A stretch of 64,000 bases of DNA from contig CAYXKV010000001.1 in assembly GCA_964464975.1 (NCBI GenBank), positions 457 to 64,456 on the forward strand. Direction: 5' to 3'. The notes below the pieces were generated by a model. It saw only the letters and a program-made list of their open reading frames with translations. It was not told the origin of the DNA and did not search any database. Source of the DNA: an uncultured Candidatus Saccharibacteria bacterium. GTDB taxonomy: Bacteria; Patescibacteriota; Minisyncoccia; Phycocordibacterales; WO2-35-19. This document shows, in pieces, positions 19,288-28,879 of the stretch. Every line of letters starts with the position of its first letter. Positions within the stretch are counted from its first letter, which is position 1. The position numbers and the translations under genes were made by a program.

Positions 19288-19719
19288 ATGGGAAAAAAGA
19301 GAATCGTTAAAGCAGAAGAGAAGGTGACCGAAGGGGAGGTACAAGCTCCCAAGCGTTCTTCGAGCAAGAAGTACGTTGATTCTGGTGTACTTTATGTCCA
19401 GTCCACCTACAACAATACACTTCTTACTCTGACCGATAAAAAGGGCAATGTCCTCGGCAGTTCATCGAGCGGAGCCTCAGGCTTCAAGGGGGCTAAGAAG
19501 GGCACTCCGTTCGCAGCAGCCAAGGTGGGTGAGACTTTGGGAACCAAGGCTCAAGACTTAGGCCTTAAAGAGGTCTCAGTGGTGGTCAAAGGAGTAGGAT
19601 CGGGAAGGGAGTCGAGTATCAGAGGATTTATTTCTAAAGGCTTCAGCATAACTTCTATAAAGGACGAAACACCTGTGCCTCATAACGGGCCTAAGCCTAA
19701 GAAACCGAGAAGAGTGTAA
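19288..19719 (+). CDS. rpsK: 30S ribosomal protein S11
   Basis: YVQSTYNNTLLTLTDKKGNVLG...TPFAAAKVGE...PVPHNGPKPKKPRRV. The start is placed at MGKKR within the longer ORF. Confidence 0.85.
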   Translation: MGKKRIVKAEEKVTEGEVQAPKRSSSKKYVDSGVLYVQSTYNNTLLTLTDKKGNVLGSSSSGASGFKGAKKGTPFAAAKVGETLGTKAQDLGLKEVSVVVKGVGSGRESSIRGFISKGFSITSIKDETPVPHNGPKPKKPRRV

Positions 19720-19766
19720 ACGGCTCAAAAACTAATTAACATCGATAAAGCGAATAATCATCCAGT

Positions 19767-20366
19767 ATGAAGATCGGACCAAAATACAAAATTGCCAGAC
19801 GGCTTAGAGCGCCAATTTTTGAGAAGACTCAATCTCAGAAGTATTCTCTACGTGAGGCAAAAAAGCTCAAGAACAAACCCATGAGACCTAAAACGGCCTT
19901 CGGGTTGCAACTTACCGAAAAACAGAAGGCAAGAATGTTTTATGGAGTTACCGAAAAGCAGTTTGCAAAGTACGTTAAGCTCTCCCTTTCCAAAAAAGGC
20001 GAGTCCCCGGTTCAAAATCTTCTTTCCATGCTTGAGCGCAGGTTGGACAATGTAGTATGGAGGGCGGGGTTTTTGCCCACCCACTTGGCTGCAAGACAGG
20101 CCGTAGCTCACGGTCATTTCAAAGTTAATGGCAGGAGAGTGTATGTACCATCCTATGAAGTAAGGCCAGGAGACATGATATCAGTAAGGGAGGGAAGCGA
20201 CAAAAGTAAGCTATTTTCTGATGACGAAACCAGGGCAGAATCAAGGACTCTTCCAGATTGGCTTTCCTTGAAAGGCAAAAGAGAGATAGAGGTCAAGAAA
20301 ACTAAAGTGGCGGCCTCAGAGCTCCTTTTCGATCTTGGACAAGTGATCGAATACTACCAAAGATAA
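19767..20366 (+). CDS. rpsD: 30S ribosomal protein S4
   Basis: MKIGPKYKIARRL... and an S4 RNA-binding domain. Confidence 0.9.
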   Translation: MKIGPKYKIARRLRAPIFEKTQSQKYSLREAKKLKNKPMRPKTAFGLQLTEKQKARMFYGVTEKQFAKYVKLSLSKKGESPVQNLLSMLERRLDNVVWRAGFLPTHLAARQAVAHGHFKVNGRRVYVPSYEVRPGDMISVREGSDKSKLFSDDETRAESRTLPDWLSLKGKREIEVKKTKVAASELLFDLGQVIEYYQR

Positions 20367-20417
20367 TTTGATTTTTTATAAAAAATATTATAATTTATAG
20401 GCTCTAAATTTAATAAT

Positions 20418-21398
20418 ATGACCGAATATTTGGAAAAATCCATAGTGCTACCTTCGAAACCTAAAGTCGTACACGAAGATGAAGTCAAGGGCGTCTATGA
20501 AATAGACGGCTTTTATCCGGGCTACGGCTTCACTATTGGTAACAGCCTCCGAAGGATCATTCTTTCCTCACTGCGAGGCGCTGCTATTACCTCCGTCAAG
20601 ATAGACGGAGTGGATCACGAGTTTTCTTCGATTGAGGGGGTCAAGGAGGACGTGATCACTATTATACTAAATATCAAAAAGCTCAGAATCAAGATGCTTA
20701 CAGACGAGCCGCAGACACTTTCAATCAAAGCTAAAGGTGCCAAAGTGGTGGTTGCAAGCGATATCGAGGCTCCGGGACAAGTTGAGATAGTAAACCCGGA
20801 TTTGGTAATTGCCACCTTAACTGACAAAGATTCTGAACTTAAGATCGAGATGACAGCAGAGAAGGGGATCGGCTTCGTATCCAAGGACAATCTTTCCAAG
20901 CAGAAAGTCGATATAGGCAATATAGTTTTGGACGCCAACTTCACACCGATCAGGCGAGCAAGCTACGAAGTTGAGAACATGCGGGTTGGGGACAGAACGG
21001 ACTTCAACAGGCTTCGAATGACTATCGAAACTGACGGCAGCTTATCTCCAAAGGAGGCCATGGAGAAATCCATAAATATAATGATTGAACAACTCAAGGC
21101 TATCACCGGTTTTGAGGAAAAGGAAAATTATGAGGAAGAGAGGATAGACAACATAGACGAAAAAAAACCTGACCATGAACCGAAACAAAAAATCGATCCG
21201 GAATTTTTGAAAACAAGAATTGAGAGTTTGGGCTTTTCCGCAAGGACTCTTAACGCTCTTTCGGGAGCGAACATTCGCACCATCGGAGGGCTCGCCCGAA
21301 AGAAGGAGAAGGATATCCTTGAGATCGAAGGCCTCGGAGCCAAAGGCGTTGCTGAAATAAAGAGAGTTTTAGGAGAGCACGGGATAACCTTAAAGTAG
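20418..21398 (+). CDS. rpoA: DNA-directed RNA polymerase alpha subunit
   Basis: N-terminal dimerisation domain plus a C-terminal domain (GFSARTLNALSGANIRTIGGL). Confidence 0.9.
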   Translation: MTEYLEKSIVLPSKPKVVHEDEVKGVYEIDGFYPGYGFTIGNSLRRIILSSLRGAAITSVKIDGVDHEFSSIEGVKEDVITIILNIKKLRIKMLTDEPQTLSIKAKGAKVVVASDIEAPGQVEIVNPDLVIATLTDKDSELKIEMTAEKGIGFVSKDNLSKQKVDIGNIVLDANFTPIRRASYEVENMRVGDRTDFNRLRMTIETDGSLSPKEAMEKSINIMIEQLKAITGFEEKENYEEERIDNIDEKKPDHEPKQKIDPEFLKTRIESLGFSARTLNALSGANIRTIGGLARKKEKDILEIEGLGAKGVAEIKRVLGEHGITLK

Positions 21399-21465
21399 GA
21401 AGGCTGATGATTTAAGATTCAAGAATTTTCATAAACCCTAAATCAATAATCTTAAATCTAAACAA

Positions 21466-21813
21466 ATGAAACATCACAACCAAAACAGAAAATTAGGAAG
21501 GGTTAGGAAGCAAAGGAGAGCGCTTCTTAATTCTCTTGCCCGCTCGCTCATTCTCAAAAAAAAAATAAAGACTACCGAACCCAAAGCAAAAGAATTGCGC
21601 CCGTTCGTCGAGAAGCTCGTAACCATGGGCAAGAAAAATGACGCCGCCGCAAGGAGGCTTGCGAGCGAAAAACTTGACCGCATTGCTGTCAAGGCTCTTT
21701 TTGATAACGTTGCCAAAAAATATATTGATCGAAAGGGTGGTTATACTCGGATTACCAAAAGCGGCAGGCGACTTTCTGACGGCAGCCGAATGGCTATTAT
21801 CGAGTTTGTGTAA
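21466..21813 (+). CDS. rplQ: 50S ribosomal protein L17
   Basis: MKHHNQNRKLGRVRKQRRALL... Confidence 0.9.
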   Translation: MKHHNQNRKLGRVRKQRRALLNSLARSLILKKKIKTTEPKAKELRPFVEKLVTMGKKNDAAARRLASEKLDRIAVKALFDNVAKKYIDRKGGYTRITKSGRRLSDGSRMAIIEFV

Positions 21814-21831
21814 TTACTACCTTAGGGAATT

Positions 21832-22197
21832 ATGTCTAAAGAAATCAACAAAATGGAATACGAGATAGATGCTCAGGGCAAAAAACTTGGAAGGATTGCA
21901 AGCGAGGCTGCCTCTTTGCTCATGGGTAAGAACAGAGCAGATTTTGTTCGCAATAAAGTTTTTGACGTAAAGGTAAAGATAATTAACGCCGGTAAAATAT
22001 CGGTAACCAACAGAAAGATGGAGAACAAGGTCTACAAGAACTACTCCGGATACCCGGGCGGACTTAAGGAAAAGAGCATGAAAAAGCTTGTTTCCGATAA
22101 CAGTATGGGAAAGGCTTTGGCTATAGCTACACGGGGAATGCTTCCAAAAAATAAGCTCCGTGACAGAATGATAAAAAACCTTATTATTACTGAATAA
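21832..22197 (+). CDS. rplM: 50S ribosomal protein L13
   Basis: DAQGKKLGRIASEAASLLMGKN... Confidence 0.9.
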   Translation: MSKEINKMEYEIDAQGKKLGRIASEAASLLMGKNRADFVRNKVFDVKVKIINAGKISVTNRKMENKVYKNYSGYPGGLKEKSMKKLVSDNSMGKALAIATRGMLPKNKLRDRMIKNLIITE

Positions 22198-22219
22198 TTT
22201 TTTGCTAAATTTTGCAAAA

Positions 22220-22633
22220 ATGACCACAATGAAAGAAAAAAACAAAGATCGATATGTTGAGGCGGTCGGCCGAAGAAAGACTTCGTCCGCGAGAGTGCGC
22301 ATCACACCGGCATCCAAGACAAGCTACATCATAAACGGACGTGATCTGGCTTCATATTTCCCAACTGAAGATTTGAGAAACATAGTTGAAGAAGCTATAG
22401 GCAAATCAAAAGCAAAAAATTTTGCGGTATCAGTCAAAGTCGCTGGCGGAGGCATACACTCCCAAGCGGAAGCGGTGCGCCACGGCATAGCCCGAGCTTT
22501 AGTGGAACATGACGAAACCCTCAAAGAGATAGTCAAAAAATCAGGTTTTTTGAAGCGTGATCCACGTGCCAAAGAACGCCGCAAATTCGGCCTGAAGAAG
22601 GCAAGGAAGGCCCCGCAATGGTCTAAGCGTTAG
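22220..22633 (+). CDS. rpsI: 30S ribosomal protein S9 (start uncertain between 22202 and 22229)
   Basis: GRRKTSSARVRITP...GGGIHSQAEAVRHGIARAL...KAPQWSKR. Confidence 0.85.
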   Translation: MTTMKEKNKDRYVEAVGRRKTSSARVRITPASKTSYIINGRDLASYFPTEDLRNIVEEAIGKSKAKNFAVSVKVAGGGIHSQAEAVRHGIARALVEHDETLKEIVKKSGFLKRDPRAKERRKFGLKKARKAPQWSKR

Positions 22634-22816
22634 TAAACAAGAACAATTCGGCTATTGTTTATTGTCAGTATACGTTAAGCTTCCGTAGTCCCGCACCAAG
22701 CTTTGCTTTGGTGCTGGGGCAAGAAAAGCGCCGCAGTGGAGCAAGAGGTAATACTTTCAATTGAAGTCGAATTTTAGAGAATAGATCTGCTTGCACTCTA
22801 TTTTCAAAATTGATAA

Positions 22817-22846
22817 CATTCCAATATTCTGCAGAATATGAGAATG
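22817..22846. promoter_or_regulatory. 30-bp palindromic operator-like site, copy 1 (cattcCAATATTCTGCAGAATATgagaatg), overlapping the regulator's start codon
   Basis: Near-perfect dyad centred on CTGCAG. Also found at 23121-23150 and 35826-35855. Confidence 0.5.
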
Positions 22847-23128
22847 AAAAGAATTAACGTAACTAAAACATCAAAACAGCTCGAAAGACACATAAAAGGA
22901 GTGTCGAATCATTGGCGTATTGAGATTTTAGTCCAGGTAGCAAATGAAGAGGGCCTGTCACTCGACGAAATATGCGAACGGGTAAAAGGTAATATCAAGA
23001 CTATATCTGAGCACACCAAAAAACTTCAAACGGCGGGGCTTTTGAACAAGAAATATCATGGAAAATCAGTTTCCCATTCACTTTCGCCGTACGGCAAGGT
23101 TTTTATTGATTTTCTGAGTTCATTCTAA
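22838..23128 (+). CDS. ArsR/SmtB-family winged-HTH transcriptional regulator (96 aa)
   Basis: HTH segment EICERVKGNIKTISEHTKKLQTAGLL matches the ArsR recognition helix pattern. Located directly upstream of grpE-dnaK-dnaJ. Confidence 0.6.
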   Translation: MRMKRINVTKTSKQLERHIKGVSNHWRIEILVQVANEEGLSLDEICERVKGNIKTISEHTKKLQTAGLLNKKYHGKSVSHSLSPYGKVFIDFLSSF

Positions 23129-23150
23129 TATTCTGCAGAATATTGGAATA
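23121..23150. promoter_or_regulatory. 30-bp palindromic operator-like site, copy 2 (cattcTAATATTCTGCAGAATATTGGAATa), between the regulator gene and grpE
   Basis: Dyad symmetry; 13 of 15 half-site matches. Confidence 0.5.
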
Positions 23151-23181
23151 TTTTATTAGATTTATTTGAAATTTATACGTC

Positions 23182-23778
23182 ATGAAAGACAAAGAAGAAA
23201 AGGATCAAAAAAATAAGAGCGAGGATAAGAGTTTCGATGATGTGGTTTTTGAGGGTGAAGAGGAACAGGGCAATCCAAGCTCTCTCATAAAAAAACTAAG
23301 AGTAAAGGTAAGAGAGCTTGAGGAAAAAAACCAAGAATATTTGACCGGATGGCAGAAAGAGAGGGCTGAGAGCGTCAATTTGCGCAAACGGCTCGAGGAC
23401 GAGAAGAAGGAGTTTGCCAAGTTCGCCAAGGAGGACATAGCCACGGAAATCATACCCGTCCTTGATTCTTTCGAGTCGGCCTTTAAAAACAAAGAAACGT
23501 GGGAGAAAGTTGATAAGAACTGGAGAGTAGGGATTGAGTACATACACAGCAAGCTTGTAAATGTTCTATCAAACCATGGGGTAACGGTTATTTCACCTTT
23601 GGGAGAGAAGTTTGATCCACAAAGAGACGAAGCGGTCGAGATGGTGTACACGGACAACAAGGACGACGACCAAAGGGTGCTTGAGGTCATAAGTTTGGGT
23701 TATAAACTGCAAGACAAAATCATCAGAGCACCAAAAGTAAAGGTTGGGCAATGTGACAAAAATCAGGTAAAAATTTAA
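23182..23778 (+). CDS. grpE: Nucleotide exchange factor GrpE
   Basis: Coiled-coil N-terminus plus the GrpE core (IPVLDSFESAF...). Confidence 0.85.
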   Translation: MKDKEEKDQKNKSEDKSFDDVVFEGEEEQGNPSSLIKKLRVKVRELEEKNQEYLTGWQKERAESVNLRKRLEDEKKEFAKFAKEDIATEIIPVLDSFESAFKNKETWEKVDKNWRVGIEYIHSKLVNVLSNHGVTVISPLGEKFDPQRDEAVEMVYTDNKDDDQRVLEVISLGYKLQDKIIRAPKVKVGQCDKNQVKI

Positions 23779-23802
23779 AAATTATAATTTAATTTTAATA
23801 CA

Positions 23803-25668
23803 ATGAGTAAAATAATAGGAATCGATCTAGGTACTACAAACAGCGCGGTTGCAGTGATGGAAGCGGGTAACCCGAAAATCATAGAAAATAGCGAGGGAGC
23901 TCGCACCACACCGTCGATAGTAGCCATTTCAAAAACCGGAGAGAGACTGGTAGGCCTTCTCGCCAGGCGCCAAGCAGTCACCAACCCGAGGAACACCGTT
24001 TTCGGCATCAAGAGATTCATAGGACACAATTTTGACGAGGATGCGGTGCAAAAAGACATGAAAACAGTACCTTTCGAAATATCCAAGTCAGAAACCAACG
24101 GAGTATTAGTCAAAATGAATGATAAAAATTATAGGCCTGAGGAGATTTCAGCAATGATTTTAGGCAAACTCAAGGCTGATGCCGAAGCCAAGCTTGGCGA
24201 AAAGATTACAGAAGCCATCATTACAGTACCTGCATATTTCAACGACGCTCAAAGGAAAGCTACCAAGGACGCTGGCCAAATCGCCGGCCTTGACGTGAAG
24301 AGGATCATCAATGAACCTACGGCAGCCGCCCTCGCATATGGATTTAATAAAAAAAAGGACGAACAGATAGCGGTTTTCGATTTCGGAGGAGGCACATTTG
24401 ATATTTCAATTCTCGAAGTTGGAGATGATGTCGTAGAAGTCAAAGCGACGGACGGCGATTCCCACCTTGGAGGCAAGGATATCGATCAAAAGATTATCCA
24501 CTGGCTCGCCGATGAGTTCAAAAAGGAAAGTGGCATTGACATTACTAAAGACCCTCTTGCTCTTCAGCGACTTGATGAGGCTGCTGAGAAAGCAAAAATA
24601 GAGCTGTCAACCGCGATGGAATCTGAAGTAAACATTCCGTTTATCACCTCCGATTCTTCCGGTCCAAGGCATCTCCTTATCAAGATGTCACGCGCAAAAC
24701 TCGAGGAGCTTGCAGAGGAGTTCATAGAAAGAGCCATGGAAATCACTAAGCGAGCCATCGAATCATCGCCGTTCAAAGTCGAAGATATTGACGAAATTGT
24801 GCTGGTTGGCGGGCAGACAAGGATGCCGAAGATTGCGGAAGAAGTTAAGAAGTTTTTCGGCAAGGAACCCAACAAGTCGATCAACCCTGACGAAGTGGTA
24901 GCTCTCGGCGCAGCCATCCAGGGCGGAATCATAGCCGGAGACGTCAAAGATATTTTGCTACTTGATGTCATACCGCTTTCACTCGGTATCGAGACCATGG
25001 GCGGAGTGGCGACCAAGCTCATAGACCGCAATACCACTATTCCAGCTTCCCGCTCACAGATTTTTTCTACTGCGGCTGATAACCAGACAAGCGTAGAGAT
25101 CCACGTTGTTCAGGGCGAGAGGCCTCTTGCCATAGACAACAGAACTTTGGGCAGATTTATCCTCGACGGCATACCTCCTGCTCCGCGCGGCGTGCCGCAA
25201 GTTGAAGTCACTTTTGACATTGACGCAAACGGCATCCTAAACGTCAAAGCCAAAGACAAATCAAGCGGCAAGGAGCAGTCAATAAAAATTGAGGGCAGCT
25301 CTGGCTTATCAAAAGAGGAAATAGAAAAAATGAAAAAAGACGCCGAGGCCCATGCCGAAGAGGACCAGAGGAAAAAAGATCTTGCTGAAGCGCGCAACGT
25401 AGCCGAGCAAACTGTATATACCGCTGAAAAGGCACTAAAAGACGCTGAAGGCAAAATTACTGATGAAATTAAGAAGGTGGTTCAGGAGAGAATTGATGAG
25501 GTCAAAAAAGTAAAGGACGGCTCCAACTTGGATGCCATAAAGACTGCGATGGAAAACCTCTCCCGCGAAATGCAAAAAATTGGCGAGCACATGCAAAAAG
25601 GGAACAGCGAACAAAAAGAAACCGGAAGTGAGGATAAAAAAGCCGGGGAAGACGAGACAAAATCCTAA
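23803..25668 (+). CDS. dnaK: Chaperone DnaK (Hsp70)
   Basis: [26 protein letters not shown]. Confidence 0.95.
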   Translation: MSKIIGIDLGTTNSAVAVMEAGNPKIIENSEGARTTPSIVAISKTGERLVGLLARRQAVTNPRNTVFGIKRFIGHNFDEDAVQKDMKTVPFEISKSETNGVLVKMNDKNYRPEEISAMILGKLKADAEAKLGEKITEAIITVPAYFNDAQRKATKDAGQIAGLDVKRIINEPTAAALAYGFNKKKDEQIAVFDFGGGTFDISILEVGDDVVEVKATDGDSHLGGKDIDQKIIHWLADEFKKESGIDITKDPLALQRLDEAAEKAKIELSTAMESEVNIPFITSDSSGPRHLLIKMSRAKLEELAEEFIERAMEITKRAIESSPFKVEDIDEIVLVGGQTRMPKIAEEVKKFFGKEPNKSINPDEVVALGAAIQGGIIAGDVKDILLLDVIPLSLGIETMGGVATKLIDRNTTIPASRSQIFSTAADNQTSVEIHVVQGERPLAIDNRTLGRFILDGIPPAPRGVPQVEVTFDIDANGILNVKAKDKSSGKEQSIKIEGSSGLSKEEIEKMKKDAEAHAEEDQRKKDLAEARNVAEQTVYTAEKALKDAEGKITDEIKKVVQERIDEVKKVKDGSNLDAIKTAMENLSREMQKIGEHMQKGNSEQKETGSEDKKAGEDETKS

Positions 25669-25688
25669 AAATTTGCTATAATAAAGCC

Positions 25689-26771
25689 ATGAAAGACTAT
25701 TACTCAATACTCGGAGTAGACAAAAAGGCTTCAAAGGATGAAATCAAGAAAGCTTTCAGGAAGCTTGCTCACGAGTACCATCCTGACAAAAAAGGAGGCA
25801 ACGCTGAGAAATTCAAGGAAGTGAACGAGGCATACAGTGTCTTATCCGATGACAAGAAGAGGTCTCAGTACGATACTTTCGGTAATGTTTATGGGCAGGC
25901 ACAGCGAGGCGGCTTTCAGGGCAATTGGGAGGATATCTTCAAGCAGGCCGGGTTTGGGCAGGGCGGGTTTGATTTTACCCAGGGTGAAAACGACTTCGGA
26001 TGGGACCTTGGCGACATTTTCGGCGAATTTTTTGGAGGCAGGAAACAAGCAAAGAGAGGCAGGGATATTTCGATTGATATAGAGCTTTCATTTGAGGAAT
26101 CGGTCTTTGGAGCCGAGCGAAACATATTGCTTAACAAAGTTTCGGTCTGCGAGGTTTGCAACGGAAGCGGTGCCAAAAAGGGTTCCGAGAAGATTGAATG
26201 CAAAACCTGCAACGGCAAAGGAAAGATCAGAGAGGTGAAGCGGTCGATTTTTGGCTCTATAGAGATGAGCCGAGGTTGCGAGACTTGCGGCGGGGAAGGC
26301 AAGGTTCCGAAGGAAAAGTGCTCGTCCTGCGGAGGTTTGGGAATTTTGAAAAAGGAAAAGGAAGTAAAAATTAAAATTCCTGGAGGCATTGATAACGGCG
26401 AGATGATCCGCCTCTCCGGCGAGGGCGAGGCCCTTAGAGGCGGAGTAAGCGGCGACCTTTACATCAAGGTTCATGTTAAAAGGCACAAGATATTCAAGAA
26501 AGAGGGCAGTGACTTAGTCATGTTCCTCGAGGTCAAGCTCTCCGACGCCCTTCTCGGTGCTGAACACAAAATAGAAACTTTAGACGGCCCCGTCACTATA
26601 AAAATTCCAGAGGGCACAGAGACGGGCGACGTTCTTTCGATCAAGGGCAAAGGTGTCCCGTTCGGATCAAAACGTGGCGACATATTAGCGAAGGTTCGCG
26701 TAATTATGCCGAAGAAACTCTCCAAATCCTCCCGCGAGGCCATAGAGAAGCTCAAGGCTGATGGAATTTGA
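25689..26771 (+). CDS. dnaJ: Chaperone DnaJ
   Basis: J-domain (DYYSILGV...HPDKK), G/F region and four CxxCxGxG zinc repeats. TGCTATAAT sits 6 nt upstream of the ATG. Confidence 0.9.
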   Translation: MKDYYSILGVDKKASKDEIKKAFRKLAHEYHPDKKGGNAEKFKEVNEAYSVLSDDKKRSQYDTFGNVYGQAQRGGFQGNWEDIFKQAGFGQGGFDFTQGENDFGWDLGDIFGEFFGGRKQAKRGRDISIDIELSFEESVFGAERNILLNKVSVCEVCNGSGAKKGSEKIECKTCNGKGKIREVKRSIFGSIEMSRGCETCGGEGKVPKEKCSSCGGLGILKKEKEVKIKIPGGIDNGEMIRLSGEGEALRGGVSGDLYIKVHVKRHKIFKKEGSDLVMFLEVKLSDALLGAEHKIETLDGPVTIKIPEGTETGDVLSIKGKGVPFGSKRGDILAKVRVIMPKKLSKSSREAIEKLKADGI

Positions 26772-26783
26772 TATAATCTTCTT

Positions 26784-26918
26784 ATGGATAAAAAAAGTAA
26801 AATTTTTTTTGTAATTGTCCTGCTAGCCCTTACAGTTTCTGTCGTGCTCACTTACGTTAGGACGATGGTGTCAAATGATTATCGAATAATTGGAGTGGAA
26901 GAAAATTCGGGAAAATAA
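26784..26918 (+). CDS. Small (44 aa) single-TM protein, not in the ORF track
   Basis: MDKKSKIFFVIVLLALTVSVVLTYVRTMVSNDYRIIGVEENSGK. TGATATAAT sits 7 nt upstream of the ATG. Confidence 0.3.
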   Translation: MDKKSKIFFVIVLLALTVSVVLTYVRTMVSNDYRIIGVEENSGK

Positions 26919-26925
26919 ATTAATT

Positions 26926-27519
26926 ATGGAATATGTAAATATCCTAGGTATTACAGCGGCGATAATAGCTGCTTTTTCTCATATCCTTTATGTTAGAGCA
27001 ATACTCAAAGGAGAGACCAAACCTAGCAGAGTTACTTGGTTTATATGGTCAATTTTAGGCATCATCGTTGCCGCAAGTTATTACAAATCAGGCGCTAGAA
27101 GCACTCTTTGGATCCCGATTGGAGAAGCCTTTTGGTACAGTCTATTTTTTTTGCTTTCAATTAAATTTGGTGTGGGGGGATGGACCAAAATTGATCGAGT
27201 AGCAATAGTCGGAGCAATATTTAGCGGAGTGGTATGGTACCAAACAGGTTCGGCTTTAGTCGCCCTACTTTGCGGCCTTGGAGTGGATTTTATGGCCGCC
27301 ATACCCACGGTGTATAAATTATTCAGGAATCCTGACACTGAAGACCGTTTAGCGTGGGTATTTACCGTAGTTGGAAGCACTTTAAACCTAATAGCGATAA
27401 ATCAGTGGTCGTTTAGTATTGTGGTTTATCCGGCTTATATGTTTATTATGAATGGTTTTATTACTCTTCTTCTTTTTCGAAAGACAGAGAAGACAAATCC
27501 ACAAAATCGCGTTCTATAA
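26926..27519 (+). CDS. Hypothetical polytopic membrane protein
   Basis: Around six predicted TM helices. The start is chosen at MEYVNIL to avoid overlapping the small upstream ORF. Confidence 0.45.
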   Translation: MEYVNILGITAAIIAAFSHILYVRAILKGETKPSRVTWFIWSILGIIVAASYYKSGARSTLWIPIGEAFWYSLFFLLSIKFGVGGWTKIDRVAIVGAIFSGVVWYQTGSALVALLCGLGVDFMAAIPTVYKLFRNPDTEDRLAWVFTVVGSTLNLIAINQWSFSIVVYPAYMFIMNGFITLLLFRKTEKTNPQNRVL

Positions 27520-27892
27520 GGCCTCTTTTTTCAAACCAATTTGGTTCGTAATGATTGTAGTTGCATAAAAGCTCTTCACCGGGTTTGATGTCGCGGCAGG
27601 CAACATCGCGATCTGGAGAAGAGATTATGTTGTAATGCCTGCTTGAATGGTTTATAAACCTCTGATCGTCAGTACAAACTATAAACAACTCGAGCAAATA
27701 GTCATAATAGCCGTATTTGAGAAATATATTTTTGTACTGCTGAGGCAATTTCTCAAAATCCTCAAAGGTAAAGGAGATATCCAACCTCGGATCATACTCC
27801 CATGTTGTTGCCCCCTCCTTTATATATTGATCGGCAAACAGCCCTATGCCATGCATACCGCTTGGCTTTAATACAGTTTTTATTCTAAGCAT
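27461..27892 (-). CDS. SET-domain protein (putative protein lysine methyltransferase)
   Basis: GIGLFA (GxG motif), RFINHSSRHYN (NHS/C motif) and GEELLCNY (ELxxDY-like) are present. Confidence 0.65.
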   Translation of the reverse strand: MLRIKTVLKPSGMHGIGLFADQYIKEGATTWEYDPRLDISFTFEDFEKLPQQYKNIFLKYGYYDYLLELFIVCTDDQRFINHSSRHYNIISSPDRDVACRDIKPGEELLCNYNHYEPNWFEKRGLIERDFVDLSSLSFEKEEE

Positions 27893-27928
27893 ATTTAATT
27901 TGTTAAAATTTGATTATATAGTAAAGTA

Positions 27929-28879
27929 ATGTTAATGAAAAGACCTGAAACGCTTTACAAAGTAATGTCCTTTTGCAGGAAAGAGGGATATTTTAGGGAG
28001 ATAAAGAATGAGGATTCAGAGCCCGAGGCGGTAAGATTCGAACACAAAAACATAAAGTCCACGGGCCTCGGCGTATTGGACGCAGTCAGGTGTATTCAGG
28101 ATATAAACAGGACAAATTTTTTTCTAAGCGAAATAAAAAAACTAATAAAGAAAGGTGACGAGGTGCTCGAAGCAGGCGTTGGTACAGGTATTCTGTCTTT
28201 TGCAGCCGCAGAACAAGGCGCTCAAGTTTTAGGGATCGAACTCAATAAGGCAATACTAAAACTTGCAAAAAAAATAAAAGATAGCAAGAATCTGAGCTTT
28301 TTAAAAAATTCTACGCACTTCTTGCACAAAAACGCCCTGAAATTTAAGCCGGATCAAAAATTCGATTTCATAATATCAGAAAACATTTATACTGGGATGC
28401 TTTACGAGAAGCAGGTCCAGATAATGAATCATCTTCTGCAATTTTTGAAGCGAGGCGGAAAGGTTTTGCCAAGCGAATTGCTATCCTACATATCATTGTG
28501 CGAAGTTCATACTTCCTTGTTGCAAAAAAAGCTTCCCTTGATTGTGGTAAGCGACATAAAGGACAAAAACCTCTACAAAAATCTTTCAGACGAAGCGTTA
28601 TACAGCCATTTGAAGTTTGACAGGAAAAACAAAGAATACTTAAACGAAACAAAAGTTGTAAAAATTTTGAGATCCGGGAATATAAACGGCCTCTATATTA
28701 CTGCGCAAATCAAAATGCCTTCCGGCAAAATGCTCTCCGGATCAAAGACATCTTTTTTTGGTAACGACATAATTATTCCTATAAAGTCGACAAAAAAAGT
28801 TAAAAAAGGTGATAAAATTACAATTAGGATTTCCTACAAACTCGGAGGAAGCCCCAAAAAAATCAAGATTTTAATATAA
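27929..28879 (+). CDS. Class I SAM-dependent methyltransferase with PRMT-like motifs
   Basis: Motif I VLEAGVGTGILSFAAAEQGA. Post-I motif VLGIE. A double-E-loop-like segment FDFIISENIYTGMLYEKQ resembles PRMT DIIISEWMGYxLLYESM. Confidence 0.55.
   Translation: MLMKRPETLYKVMSFCRKEGYFREIKNEDSEPEAVRFEHKNIKSTGLGVLDAVRCIQDINRTNFFLSEIKKLIKKGDEVLEAGVGTGILSFAAAEQGAQVLGIELNKAILKLAKKIKDSKNLSFLKNSTHFLHKNALKFKPDQKFDFIISENIYTGMLYEKQVQIMNHLLQFLKRGGKVLPSELLSYISLCEVHTSLLQKKLPLIVVSDIKDKNLYKNLSDEALYSHLKFDRKNKEYLNETKVVKILRSGNINGLYITAQIKMPSGKMLSGSKTSFFGNDIIIPIKSTKKVKKGDKITIRISYKLGGSPKKIKILI

Noticed and set aside
22690-22735. Long imperfect hairpin cccgcaccaagc-ttt-gctttggtgctgggg after rpsI, considered as a tRNA or sRNA
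   Set aside because: No tRNA cloverleaf or T-loop. Most simply a transcription terminator or attenuator for the rplM-rpsI operon, though there is no U-run.
22829-22834. CTGCAG core of the palindromes, as a trivial PstI-type restriction-site coincidence
   Set aside because: Three copies share about 30 bp of extended dyad symmetry beyond the hexamer and sit in promoter-proximal positions. A chance RE site would not explain that.
23129-23181. Searched for a CIRCE element (TTAGCACTC-N9-GAGTGCTAA) upstream of grpE
   Set aside because: Not present; only the ATATTCTGCAGAATAT palindrome is found.
24249-26851. Serine/proline-rich antisense ORFs across dnaK/dnaJ (e.g. 24564-25037, 25916-26389, 26471-26851)
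   Set aside because: Artefacts of the codon composition of highly conserved chaperone genes on the plus strand.
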